DNA of 63,982 nucleotides, filler included, from Hyphochytrium catenoides (Eukaryota; Protista; Hyphochytriomycota): NCBI GenBank assembly GCA_900088475.1. It is 16 parts of 16 records of this genome, joined end to end, with 100 filler letters (N's around TTAATTAATTAA, not from the genome) between each part and the next. Parts side by side here need not be neighbours in the genome. Positions count along the whole stretch, not along the records: positions 46,879 to 49,784 come from FLMG01001976.1; positions 49,885 to 50,921 come from FLMG01002292.1; positions 51,022 to 52,837 come from FLMG01000290.1; positions 52,938 to 54,642 come from FLMG01003534.1; positions 54,743 to 62,852 come from FLMG01001190.1; 11 more parts are not named here. One strand, written 5' to 3'. The notes under the pieces were generated by a model. It saw only the letters and a program-made list of their open reading frames with translations. It searched no databases and had not been told where the DNA came from. A program made the translations under genes and the position numbers. Positions 48,547 to 60,659 of the stretch are shown here, piece by piece; position 1 is the first letter of the stretch; each line of letters begins with the position of its first letter.

Positions 48547-49884
48547 CGTGAAGCTTGGAGATCGTCGATGGTAGTAGTGCTTCCGTTCGGATCAAGAAGT
48601 AATAGAGAGACACACTTTGCAGACTGTCATATCTCTCTCTCTCTCCTGGTTGGACTCTCCTTTGTTGCTCCCAACAGATGCAAGTACAAAGTGTCCAGCT
48701 TCTGTTCTTTCGACAGCAAAGCCGGTAGGCCTCTCCTAGGCAAAGGAAAGAAAGTGGAGGCTAAGGAGATGAGCTATTGCCTCACTGGCCCCGCTATGCA
48801 CTGCAAGCGATAACTTTCCCCTCCTGGCAGACTTGTGCAGTTCTGATTTACACGAGCGCTAGGCAAGAGATGAGACGCCAGTAAAAGCTCCTAGACAGAG
48901 GAGAGATACGGAGTAGGTAGCAGAACGGAAAAAGGGATGCTGCTGATTGCTGCTGCTGGAGGAAGAAGCCCGGCAGAGCCAGGTGCCAGCAAGTCAAAAC
49001 CCGCAAGAGGAAGGGAACCACCAGCGCCAGGAGCTGCGGCGGCAAGAGGAAAGGAAGCACCGGAATAGGGAACTCAGAGCTTCTGCTGCATACAGGTAAA
49101 AACTTGTACAAGTACGATCCTCCTCTTCGATTCTCAGCCCAATTCTTTGCTTGATTAGCAGAGAGGTGCGTTGCCTCGTATAGAAACGGAACAGTACGGC
49201 GGTCGACAAGAACACATAAGCTGCTAGGCCTTGCAGAGACACAGAGACTCAGGGGCAAGGGAAATCAACAGCTAGGAAAGAACGAGAAGAACGGACGGGA
49301 GAGAGAGAGAGAAAGAGGGAGAGAAGAAAGTCGAGAAAGGCAGATGCAGCAGCAATGAGGAAGAGGCAACACGTCCTCTGCAAGACAGAGAGGTAGCACG
49401 GTGTATGAGAGAATATAATGGCGCGACCAAAAGACAGCCAAAAGCTGTCTGGAAGGCGTGCTCCCCCTCTGTCTCTCCTAGCTAGCTCTTCTCTCCCCTT
49501 TCTTCTCCCTTCTCTCTCTCTCTCTCCCTGTCTCTTCCCCTCTCTTCCCTCCCTCTGTGATTGTTGACAAGGAAGAAGAAAAAAGAACTCAAGAAAGTAT
49601 CCAGTGCCCTGTTCGGGGAACTCAGAAATGTCAAGCGCGCAGGGAGGGAGCATGTTCTACTGTAGGAAACAATTACAAACCGGCCGTTAGCGGAACCTGG
49701 TTGCTGAATCCTGCATGCTGTATTGTAGAAGTACGATTAGCCCCAGATCCTAGAATCCTAGGACCAAAAACTAGTACCAAATTTNNNNNNNNNNNNNNNN
49801 NNNNNNNNNNNNNNNNNNNNNNNNNNNNTTAATTAATTAANNNNNNNNNNNNNNNNNNNNNNNNNNNNNNNNNNNNNNNNNNNN

Positions 49885-50150
49885 TTGCAGCGGGTGTGTG
49901 ACCGAGATATCGAAGGCTGTGACTGGGAAACGGTTGCCATACCCAGGGATAGCTAGGTCGGCAGGGCGGGAGAAGGGAGAGCGAGAGAGCAAGTGGAGGG
50001 GCTCCCGAGAACAGCGGTATCCGGCGTCCGATACTGCAGAGCACAATAGAGAGAGAAGTCGGTTATGACGGCGGGAGGCACCGCCACCTGTGCGGCGGCA
50101 GACCATCGCATGGTCGCCGTAGGCATCCATGTCAGCTCTCCGACAACTCC
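49885..50150 (-). mobile_element. C-terminal zinc-knuckle + restriction-like endonuclease region of a CRE/R2-group non-LTR retrotransposon
   Basis: C…MDAYGDHAMVC…RRHN…E.....RPADL…AFDISVTHP is the characteristic CCHC-RHN-E-RPAD-D arrangement of RLE-type LINEs. It is cut by the contig edge. Confidence 0.8.
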
Positions 50151-51070
50151 ATCCCGCATACCACAGGGGCCTGAAGAAAAGGAAGACCAAGAAAACGTCG
50201 AAGCATAGCCCGAAACAGAACAGAGGACTGAGCCTTATTATGCAGCAGCGCCCCACAGGGAGAAGCGGTGAGGTTTTTACTGTTGATGTGGCCTTTATTA
50301 TCAAGAAATTAGTAAAGAGTGTGTATTCGACTACTGTTTGAAGAAGATGAAGAGATGCAAATATGTACTACTACGAAGCAACAAAAGAGAATGGAGAAAG
50401 AGCTAAAATAGGCCACAAAGAAAGGAAGAGCAGAGTAGCAGGACCTCACCCGGTCCCGAAGGGCCGGGAATTGACTGAAGAAAACAACTGTGGGGCTACC
50501 AAGGATGGTGGGGCGGGGAGATCGTCCTCCTCCCAATAATTCGAGAGAGGAAAAAGTCTTGATCCTGCTCATCACGGTGAACAACCAAGAGGGCGCTGTC
50601 AGGAGCAGCACTAGCAGCGGCAGGAGCAGGAGAAGAAGAAGAAGCAGAAAAGAGAGGAGAAGAAGAAGAGAGGGGAGAAGAAGCGTGAAAGGCGGCAAGA
50701 AAGCGCGCAGAAGGCGGCAGTCTCGAAACGACGATCATACGGGCGGCCTCCTCGTGCAAAGCCAAAGACACCTGTCTCAATAAGCGATGGCGAAAGAAGT
50801 GTACATCACGCTCCACCCAGAGCAACGGTCCGATCAGCCTGAGCAGCACAACAAATAGTTTTGACAAAGAAGGCTGCAACGGTGGCGGAGCCCCCACCAA
50901 AAGACTCCCAAACTAGAGGGANNNNNNNNNNNNNNNNNNNNNNNNNNNNNNNNNNNNNNNNNNNNTTAATTAATTAANNNNNNNNNNNNNNNNNNNNNNN
51001 NNNNNNNNNNNNNNNNNNNNNTCGTGGGATCGCTCAAGAAAACTTATACGGGTTGCTGGTACTTTCCTAG

Positions 51071-52760
51071 GGGAGTGATGGCTTGCTTCATAAAATGTAT
51101 CAGGAGATTTTCCGGGTGATGAAACCTGGAGGTAGGTTCAAGATCTGAAGCTCTGGAGGCCCCACCCATCATGTATAAAGAGAGACTCTGCTGCCCCACC
51201 AGTTCAGGACCTATATTTTTGCCCCTCTCTCTTCACATCCTTCTTGTTAGAAACCTCTAAAGTGAAGTTTGTCTTACTTTATCTGTCGAAGAGAAAGAAC
51301 ACACTTCTTTAAAAATGCCTGTCTGCCCTTGCTCTGCTCACCATACGCTCTGTTGCAGCGCCGCTTCTTACCTTCTCGCTCCACCAAGAGGGCGAGGTGG
51401 TCAAGTACATCAATCATGATGACTTCAACTGGGTGTTCGCTTCTCTCAGGCTGCCGAACCCACGATACGACCCGGTGGAGCATCCAGAAAGGTGAGGGGA
51501 GACGCTGTCCCTTATAGCCTATCACTCTATGCCGGTTGTAGAGTCCTTCAAGAGCTTCTCCAAAGGGGAGTGGGAGTATTGTTGATGATCTTTAAATTCC
51601 TACTTTGTAGGCAATGTCTTTCCAGCACCGACTTCAAAGATTGCTTGTACTGCAGATTATAAATGGCCGGATTCTATTCTGTGGCTTATCCATTCCTTAT
51701 TGTCCTCTCTTTCTCGCTCGCAGGAGCCGTGACCACAGCTTTGTGGTGAGCGTTAAGCTGAGTGACGAAGTGGACCAGAATGTCAAGTTTGTGGACACGA
51801 TAGCAGCAGGTCAATAACTTAGCCATCCCTTCTTCATCGAGATAGACCTTTCTTCTTTGCATAGGCTGTTCACTGTCCTTAGCCCAATTTTCACCTCTCA
51901 CTACCCCACCATGAAGGCGTCTTCGTCTACTCGTCGATCCGTTACTTTTATCTTTTTGGAGACAACTCTGAGCCTTTCTTTGTCCTTCCCGTTTTTGGTG
52001 ATTGCTGGCACGCTCCTTTGGTTCTGTACGACTGCACTCTCAATCTCTATCTTCTAGCGATGAAGCAGAAGATACAGCTCCAGATCCATTATGATCAACC
52101 CGATAAGCTCAAATCAACGTCATTAGATCGGCTTATGAGCATGCTAGACAACTCATTGGCTGTGTACCAGAAGATGGCAAATCATCCAAGAGGTAGGTCT
52201 TAAGGGCAAGGGGCAGCAAAAGGGTATTGGGACGGGATAGTACTACTTCCTCGGAATGATTTTTAGCATAGCCGAAAACGGATTCCTCATTAAACCGTGA
52301 GGGTGAGGTTTCAATCAATCGGACCCTAATCTTCGTCCTTGACATTATTGCCTTAGGGCACCGAGAAATTCCCCGGGTGATCCAGCATGTCATACGCCGC
52401 CGCAGCGAAGAAGAAGTCTCAGATACAGGCTCACATCGGGATGAAACCGAAGGCTCAACGCGAGAGCAGGCTAGTCCACCCACCCCAAGTGCTAAGAACG
52501 AGAAGGAGGGAGTAGAGTTTCCAGAGACATCCAGCCTAGAGTTTGAAGGCGGAGGACAGCAGGAAAGTCGAAGAGACGTGCACAAAACCCAGGATGTAGC
52601 ACAGCCTGAACAGCCACTCAAAGTGAAGCGCGCAGAAGCAATTGAGCCTGCAACAAAAGGAGAAAAGGAGAAGTGTGCTGACGTAAAGCTCAGTAAGCAG
52701 GTAGCAGGCTTTGTAAACTCGATGGCGCTCGACAGTATCACGGTGATAGCACAGGCATAA
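51071..52760 (+). CDS. Class I SAM-dependent methyltransferase (possibly METTL13/EEF1AKMT4-like), 3' exons 51071-51131, 51359-51491, 51724-51809, 52058-52192, 52357-52760
   Basis: Five phase-compatible GT-AG exons give LLHKMYQEIFRVMKPGAPLLTFSLHQEGEVVKYINHDDFNW…; E..RV.KPG is the typical post-motif-II/III segment. The tail is charged. The 5' part is lost at the linker. Confidence 0.65.
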
Positions 52761-52937
52761 GTCTTAGTCAGTCTCATATTATACAAAGATTACAGTTCTT
52801 CGCAGAGGAGCTCTAGTTTCTCCTACTTACAGGACCANNNNNNNNNNNNNNNNNNNNNNNNNNNNNNNNNNNNNNNNNNNNTTAATTAATTAANNNNNNN
52901 NNNNNNNNNNNNNNNNNNNNNNNNNNNNNNNNNNNNN

Positions 52938-54642
52938 CTCTCCAGGCGTCTTCATCACAGTGTAAGGACGACGGTGTGTGACCCGTACTCGTTATCACGC
53001 AGTGGCCATCCACCAGTTCAGCTGTAAAAATAGTCCCACAGAAAAGGAGAGAGGAAGAGAGAGCATCACTCGTCAGAGAGGGCGAAAAGAGAAGGACGAG
53101 CATGGTCATAGAAAGGGTCATCGGAAGAGGAGCTGAGACGCTTGCAAGCTTAGGCATTGGAGCAGCAAAGTTAGGAGACAGTGCCCAGAAAACAGACTAG
53201 CTCTGAGGGCGATCTCTTACTAGATCTGGAGAGAGAGAGGTATGTGTGCTCCCCTAAAGATATCATCAGATGCTTCTTGAACTCTGGCGACTCAAGACAC
53301 CACCAGCACCGCTGGCTGATGCGGTTCCAAGCGTTCGTCTCTCCTATGGCCTTCTGTAACGCTCTCTCCTGCGAGCAAGAATAGGTGAATGATGGAGAAG
53401 AAGAGAAAACAGGGATATGTGAGACTGAGAGAGAAAAGACAAAGGGCGCGATGGCCTATAAAGAATCCATAAATTGGCTGTATCACGGGAAGAGTGATTG
53501 CACGCCGTGGCTGTCAACGCCATGATGTACCTTGTCTCAGTCCCACCCATTCTCGCTCATTGTCTTCCGGCTTCTGTCTCTGCCTTGTTCTCTACCTCTG
53601 AATCCCTCATCTCTCGCAAACTCTCTCTCTCTTCCTCTACCCATCACTGCCTTTTCTCTTGGTGGATCCTTTCGCACCTGCTGCCGTTGGGCTGTCATTT
53701 TATTAGTGTTCTTGCTGAACATTTTGCTATCAATCTGGTCCTCTTCATCGAACCCGCTGGCGCTGTGACCACCCAGCTCCGTTCCCTGGTACCGCGTCCC
53801 CAGACGAACGATATTCGAGGCGTAGACTTCGTCCATGTTCTATACGAACAGACAAGGAGAGAAGGTCAAGACCAGAAGAGAAGAGACAGAAGAGTCATTC
53901 AGGGTTACCAAGAAGAGAAGGAGAGAGACACGAAGCGAAGACGGTGAATAGAAAGCGTGGGCCCTACCTCTTCCTCCATCCTTTCCATCTCAATAAGAGT
54001 GCGCAGGTCAATCTTCTCCTCCTTCTCGTGCTTGTACTTTCCTCTTTTGCTTCCTCTGCGCATATCCTCTCGCTCCAGCGGAGCTTTACCAGCCTATCAA
54101 AGAGAGGATAGAGAAAGAGAATCATCAGTTGTCTATTCAGTCCTTGAAGCAGTTATGACAACGTCTATTTTTTGCTTTGAGCTGCATCACGTCCCTTTAC
54201 TCTGATCATCGCTCTTCAGTAGTTCTATGCCGTTTTCTCTCTCTTAATCGCTCCATATCTGCACATTCTTTTTCCCTCTTATTCATCCCCTCTTCCGCAC
54301 GGGAAGGCTCAGTCCTAAGCAGCTTTAAGCATTGTTCTCTCTCTCTCTCCTCTCTTTTTCTCTCTCTGTCTCTCTCTCTTTCTCTCTGTCTCTCTCTCTC
54401 TTTCTCTCTCTCTCTCTTACTGTCTCTCCTGATTCTCGTTCTCTGACATATCTGTTAACCACTTACCCCGAGATCTCTATAGGCTAGTCTGCCTCTCTTA
54501 TCGAGTGGAGTCACCATCACGACCTCCTCCTTCGGTTGCGATGCATCTCCTTCTCCTCTCTCTCCTCCAGGTCTCTCCCCTCCTTTTCTCTCTCCGGGTG
54601 CTCTCCGATGCGGATGAATAGCAGAAGGAGGAGGAGGAGCTG
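52938..54642 (-). CDS. CWF19L2: CWF19-like protein 2 (spliceosome disassembly factor), internal exons 54642-54467, 54093-53968, 53839-53678, 53368-53221, 53021-52938
   Basis: The spliced frame gives …[11 protein letters not shown]…|[12 protein letters not shown]…|[10 protein letters not shown]…[26 protein letters not shown]…[14 protein letters not shown]…CDEDAWRE. This matches the CwfJ C-terminal domain (C..C.......HL...G...YL......L..GHC.I....H.......ED.W.E). Confidence 0.88.
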
Positions 54643-56984
54643 NNNNNNNNNNNNNNNNNNNNNNNNNNNNNNNNNNNNNNNNNNNNTTAATTAATTAANN
54701 NNNNNNNNNNNNNNNNNNNNNNNNNNNNNNNNNNNNNNNNNNGAGGACCAAGACTTTCCGCTCTCTTTTTTCTCCAATTTTGAGCTTTATCCTCGATATT
54801 GATCTCTTAGTCTGCCCTAGCGCATGGTATCCAGGGATCTCTCTGCTCGGCTCCTTTCAGGGATAATGGAGATAAGCTCAGTAGCTGGTGGTGTGCGCTA
54901 TGTGATGCATCCAGTTCGCTCAGTTATGCGCAACACTAGAGATTGTAGAGTTGAACACTGGGATCAAGAGCGGGGACCTTTGGAAAATATAAAGCTGGGC
55001 AAAGGATCAAGAAGAGAGTTTGTGTTTATGGTTAAGCACTCTCATGTGTCGCTGCTGTGTACGTTCGCTATCCTGTCGTGCTTACGCATAAATGCTTTGA
55101 GGAGCGGAAGGTGGCCGCTATGCCTTCGGCTAGCCGTTGGCCACAATAAAGATGAACTTGACTGAAGGATTATAAACAAGTTGCTCGAGTTATGGTTGAG
55201 CACTATTATACTTCCTCGCTATGCATAATATATTACTAGCCGACCGTCCTGCGAGGCCGCATATCATCAGTTCACAGCTGTGACAAGAGGGCAGTGCTTA
55301 TCCTTATGAGATCCTTTCTTGGCATGTGAGATCTTATGATATTCTTGGCCGCACTGAAGGAGATCTCCAAAGGCATTGACCATAGTTGGACTCTCTCAAC
55401 AAGGAAAGCAAGAATCAAGCTCCTTATCTCCTACCACGTGCCTTCCCTTCCTCTATCATTCTCGACATTAATACTCTTTTTTTTATAGATGGCTGTATTG
55501 GTGGTGAGGCCTCCAGTGAGGTTACATTGACACCGCCCCCTTGAAGAGCCCTGCCCCTTGTTGCCTGCCACTATCCCTGCTTAAAGCGAGGCAGTGGTGC
55601 TGGGGTTGGATCATATGCTCCAAGCTAGGCTCTCTGTGGTGGCCACCAGCAGCAGCCCCGCTGCTGGCGTCCTGTATCTGATCTCTCTTCTTCTCTCCAA
55701 TTATCGCTCTTCTCCGTTTTCCTGTCGTTTGAGCCTAGGACTAGGGTATGATGCTTTCTAGGGCTCTCCTTATCTGTAATCTAATGTACTTCAAACGACC
55801 TTCTTGGAGAACCTGCGCTGTGGCGGCCGTTGTTAGCTCCCCCGCTTGGTGCTTCAGCTGTTATAATACTGGGTCGATCAGGAAGAGGACGCTCGTGTTG
55901 CTGTTCGTGCTGTTGTGGTTGTAACTAAAACGCCTTGCGTGCCTGGCGAGCGGCGCTAAGTTCCTTTGAGGAATAATAGCGTGAGTTGTTAGTCTTGTTC
56001 TGGAACTTCTCAACTGACTGAATTAGTTCTTACGTTCTCTACTAAGTGCTACGATATACTCTGCTCTTCTCTGTCTACTTTGTTCTTTACTGTGCCTCCT
56101 AAATTATGTTCTCCTCGTGCTATCCTACTTCGCTATATCTGCTACTGTCAGTTCTCTCCTACATCCTTTGTAAGTCCTGTAAGCCCTACATTAATACAGT
56201 ACCTTGGTCAGGTATCCGTATTCTGGCTACTTCAATGTCCCTATCTAGGTAATGTCTCCTTCCATGTCCTTTGGGTCATTCTCCCTAGGTGTCATATCCT
56301 CCATTTCTTGATTCCTGTATGTTATACTTGCCTTGAATGTAGCTTCCCCTTTACCATAGTTAATGTTCTGTAGTGTCTGTAGTTATTGTATAGGCGTGTT
56401 TGTCCTCCGTCTCAGACTGTGTCATCTGGTACAAACCATTGTGGACTTGCTCCTTATCAGTGTAAGATAGGTCCTCCTCAGAGTGCTCCATTCTTTCTTC
56501 TGACTTGCTTGGTTCTTGACTAGTAATAAGGGCAGAGAGTGACTCCTCGTGAGCAACTTCTAATCTTCCTAGATTTAGTAACAGTGGTCTGACTCGTCTC
56601 TGGAAGAAATCTGTTAAGCGGTGGTTTGTCCTGCTTCCTGGCGGTTGTAGACTTCGGCTACGTTGCCGACCTATCACTTGTGTGGCTCTGCTCCCTGTCG
56701 CTCCCCGTCTTGTCCTTCGATCGTTCCTCGTCGTGTTTCTGTCCTCTGCGCCTACGTTGGGTGGGGCTGAAGTAGTGGTCCCTCTTGCTCCTCTCTCGAT
56801 CTCTTCTGCTTGCGCTCTCTGGTCCTGTTGTTGTCTCCTCTGCTCTACGGGAGCCCTATGTAACTGGTCGTCTAATGCCTCTGCTGTCGCGGCTCGCCGG
56901 GTGGGCTCTGGAGCCTCTTGGGCCCGGTCAAAGGGGTTCCTCTCCTCTGTCGTTGCCATTTCATCCAATCGACATTAATCCTAA

Positions 56985-58130
56985 ACGGACGGCGGCCACA
57001 ATTAGAGGAAATAGCGTTGGATTTCTTGAGCAGTCAACCCACCTTATTCGTTTTGAGCATACAAACATGTTTCTACGCACGGTACGCAGTCACATCAATT
57101 TGGTTTCTACTCAGTAGACAAATCAGGCCACAATAGTCATGCTCTGGAATCTGTTTGTGCCTTTGTTTCAGCTCTGGGAGAAAGCAATCTCCTTTAGGTC
57201 AACCATGATCTGCAAGTAAGCAAGTTTGATGAAGACAGCGATAAAGTCTAATCAGTCTAGTATTGCGCACCTATATCCGAAGGAAAAAGTCGCAAGGAGC
57301 CAGAGACGGACAGTTCACTTCGGCCCGACTTCCTGATAGTTCTATCCACTGCTGGTCGAACGCCTACCTCTGTAAATCATTCGACCCTTGTTTGGTGCAA
57401 GGAGACTGCTGGTCCTTTTTGAGCAGCGCTTCTGTTCACCTGGCTCTTGCTTAGGTTGTTGCGGGTCTCTGACTGTTTTTTAGTCTCATTGATGGGGATG
57501 CCCGATCGTGCCAGACATGTTAATGATCTGAAGTATGTTGACGTATGGCTTATCTTAAGGTTAGCCCTTAGGCCTCATCCCGCTGCGAAGTATGAGATTG
57601 GGATGTGTCTACAGACGACTGGGATTGGGGAAGAGACATACACATTTAGGTAGCTCACGGGTGGTTGACCAGAAGTTATAAGTACTACAAACCACCTCTT
57701 CTATCGTAGCCCTCTTATCCCCTGCCAAGCACCGAAATAAGGAGCACGCATAGACTGTAGTATATTATTGAGGGCCTTGGCCCATTCAGTGAGGAGGATT
57801 GGGCGTCAGGATAACGCTGGGACTGGAGACTAGTGATCCTGCGGGAGGTGGAGCCTACAAGACTATCCACAACCTGGAGAACCAAGCTGAACACCTATGT
57901 AGCGGCAACAGAACCATGAAAAAGAGGGGTCTTGGTCATTTCAGTCTCAACTGACGATCGCTCCAAGCGGACACCGGACCGCCTAGCAATGTTGTACTAC
58001 TAGCATCACTACTGCTTGTGAATGCCCATGGGAGGTTGTTTGCGATAAGTAGAGTGTTAGACGGGCACTTCCTACTAAGAAGCCTGTCATATTCCTAGTA
58101 CAGATCACACTGACCGCAGGATGAGGACCC
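56985..58130. repeat. Diverged repeat copy (segment A), homologous to 61038-61965; possibly a decayed LINE RT 3' region on the minus strand
   Basis: Colinear shared blocks include GGACGGCGGCCAC, CAGTCTA..TTGCGCACCTATA, GCTTAGG.TGTTG, ATGTAGCGGCAACAGAACCATGAA and TGACCGCAGGATGAG. The minus strand of both copies gives CRYIGV (YLGV-like). Confidence 0.8.
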
Positions 58131-58729
58131 GATGAGGACTAGCCAGGCGTATGAGATGCAGTCTCTTCTCTTTGACAGTATCTTATGAAGGGTTGTCCTA
58201 GTCAGAGGAGTCAAAGAGTGGCTCTCAAGAAGCATACTTCTCTTTCGCTTTCTCTTTTCTCTCTTTTTCTTTGCATGTCCTAAGGTTAGCATATCTTAAC
58301 CTCTCTCTCTTAAATGATTTCCTTACTTTTATATCGGCACTATCAGGTGGACTGACCTCTCTCGCTAAGGACATTCTCTCCTTACCTTCGATATATATAT
58401 AGCGCCATCTATTAGGATACCCTTTTGATTTTGAATTGCTATTGGTCGCTCACTCGCGCAGCCTCCTCTGTGTGGTTCGTCTTTACTGAGGCCTGGCTAG
58501 CCGAGATGGAATCAAAACACCTCACGCTCGACTCTCATTTCACTCCCGTTCACCCTTCTTACATCACATAGAGCCAAACTGCTGATACGTGGCAGTCGGG
58601 GACCGACAACAAGTTGCCGCAATCTACTTAGGGTTAGTCTTATCGGTGGGATGAGTTGGTAGGACGGAGTGGTAGGACCGAGGCGGCCCAATCCGACCAA
58701 AAAGTGAGGCTTCGATAGGACTCCCAATT

Positions 58730-59070
58730 TACCTGCTGGCGGTCGGACGAAGAGATGTCAAGCTCTTATTACGAATCCAGCGTTGTTGGGATTTTGAAAC
58801 CTACATGTGGATGATGAGAAAGGTTTCGTGACCAGAAAAGAACAAACAGCAGATGTGAAACACCCCGTGCTGCAATAGTAGTAGGATGATGCCACAGCAG
58901 CAACCAGCAAATAAAGCGCAGAAGAATCGTATTCAGCAGATAGACTAGCGGCAGCCGCAGTGTATATTGAATCTCGAGCGCAGCAGATTTTTTATCATTA
59001 TAATCGTATTCATCCGAGTGACGGGAAGAAAGAGAGCTGGCTCATCTATTCTGCTTCCTTTGTTAGCCTG
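58730..59070. repeat. Diverged repeat copy (segment B), homologous to ~60660-61011
   Basis: Shared blocks include TGGCGGTCGGACG, GATGTGAAACACCCC, AAATAAAGCGCAGAA and GGAAGAAAGAGAGCTGG…ATCTATTCTGCTTCCTTTGT. Confidence 0.85.
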
Positions 59071-60659
59071 CTGGCTTGTTGTGTGGTCCACTTCTTGAAA
59101 ATGGACAGAGGAGAAGACGGGGAGGCGGTGGAGAGCAGCGACAGCGGCAATCTGCTTCTTGGCTCGTTTTCTTTGGGGAAAAGTAGAAGACGAGAGTTTG
59201 ATGCTGCTTATTTTATTAGCGGGGCCATATAGCTCTCTTTGCTTGCAGCAGAACAGGCGAATCCACACTGTAATCCATTACTTGCCGCGATCAAAGAATA
59301 GAAGAAAGAGGAGCGTTGGTTGTTGCTTTCTTCATTCGCCTTTGAACAACGGCCCCATTAAAGGTTTTGCAGTGCGCGCGCAGGAGGAGGAGAAGAAGAG
59401 TGCCGCCCTCCTCTTCCGCCGCTAGTACTGGTTGTTGATAGTCGTCGGAAGAAGAAGGAAAATCGTTTTACTCTCCACCTTAACTTTCTTCTTTACAGGA
59501 GTGCAAGAAGAGCGATTGACACAAAGCCAAATTAATAGTCTGTTTCATCTAACAGTTCTAACAAGCCCCCCTCGATGAGTATTGCATTTTTTGATTTTTG
59601 AAGCCTTTGGAGCTCGGCCCGCCCCAATTCTCTGTTACGCCCATCGTAGCGATTCCTGATCATCACCGCCACTCAGCGTAACCGGAAACCGGAACCGTAC
59701 GCTTCCCTGAACTATCTCGATAACCCGGCAACGGATAGGTTCTTACGCGACCCCTGTGTGACACACACTCATGCTTCTGAAGGCAATTGATGACAACAAG
59801 CTTCTCATTGCTGTTGTTATTGGTGGAAGAAGAAGTGCTAGAGACCATGACGTCGCCTTTCTTCACGTTCGCATCCTAGCTTTCAAGACCTCAACTCTCA
59901 ACACCGCAACTCCTATCCCTCTCTAGATTGTTTGCCACTCTTCGCCCTTCGACCTTTCTCTTAGCTCCGTAGTAATAACCCGAGCAGCTTAGCTTACTAG
60001 TCAGCTTAGGAACTTTCCTTGCAGTAGTATTCTCTAGCTTCGATAGTATTCGATAGCTCACGTCGTATCTAGAGCCCTGGTGGTCTCAGGAATGCTCGTT
60101 AAGCTCCGACTTAGCTCTACACCTAGCTGATGATACTCTGCCATTTTCCATCAACCACAGAGGTCTTGGTAGCAGCAATCACACAACAACAACTCTTCAT
60201 CATCATCATAACTCATCAATCTTAAATTCTAAAATCTTCCAGCTTCATCAAAAGCTTCATCAACAGCAGTGAATCAACCACTCTACTTTTAACTTACAAG
60301 ATTAAGAATCCAAAGAGTGTGCGTTCAGAATAAGCTCTCTGAGCGTAACATCTCTGATCTGCACCTTGGCGAGCAATAACTGAAAAGAGAATCTGTCTGG
60401 TAGTTCTAGTTCTGAGTGATTTCGGAAATTTGGTGAAACAAAGGAAATATTTTATCCTTGCTGTACCTCCCGTCCTACCAAATCTCCGTCCAACCAAAAA
60501 TCTACCCTTCCGGTAGGACGGGAGCACCCCCAAAGTTGGACCGTTGGATGGATAATCTCAGACTCCCACGATCCTACCATCCGTCCTACCAGCTCGTCCC
60601 AATAAGGCAAACCCTAGGACCAGAGTCGTTAGCGGCTCAATCCAAAACAAGTAGGTCTT

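Noticed and set aside
59540-59575. Minus-strand GAGGGGGG-CT-TGTTAG resembling a copia PPT/LTR junction
   Set aside because: I found no second LTR or pol remnant nearby.
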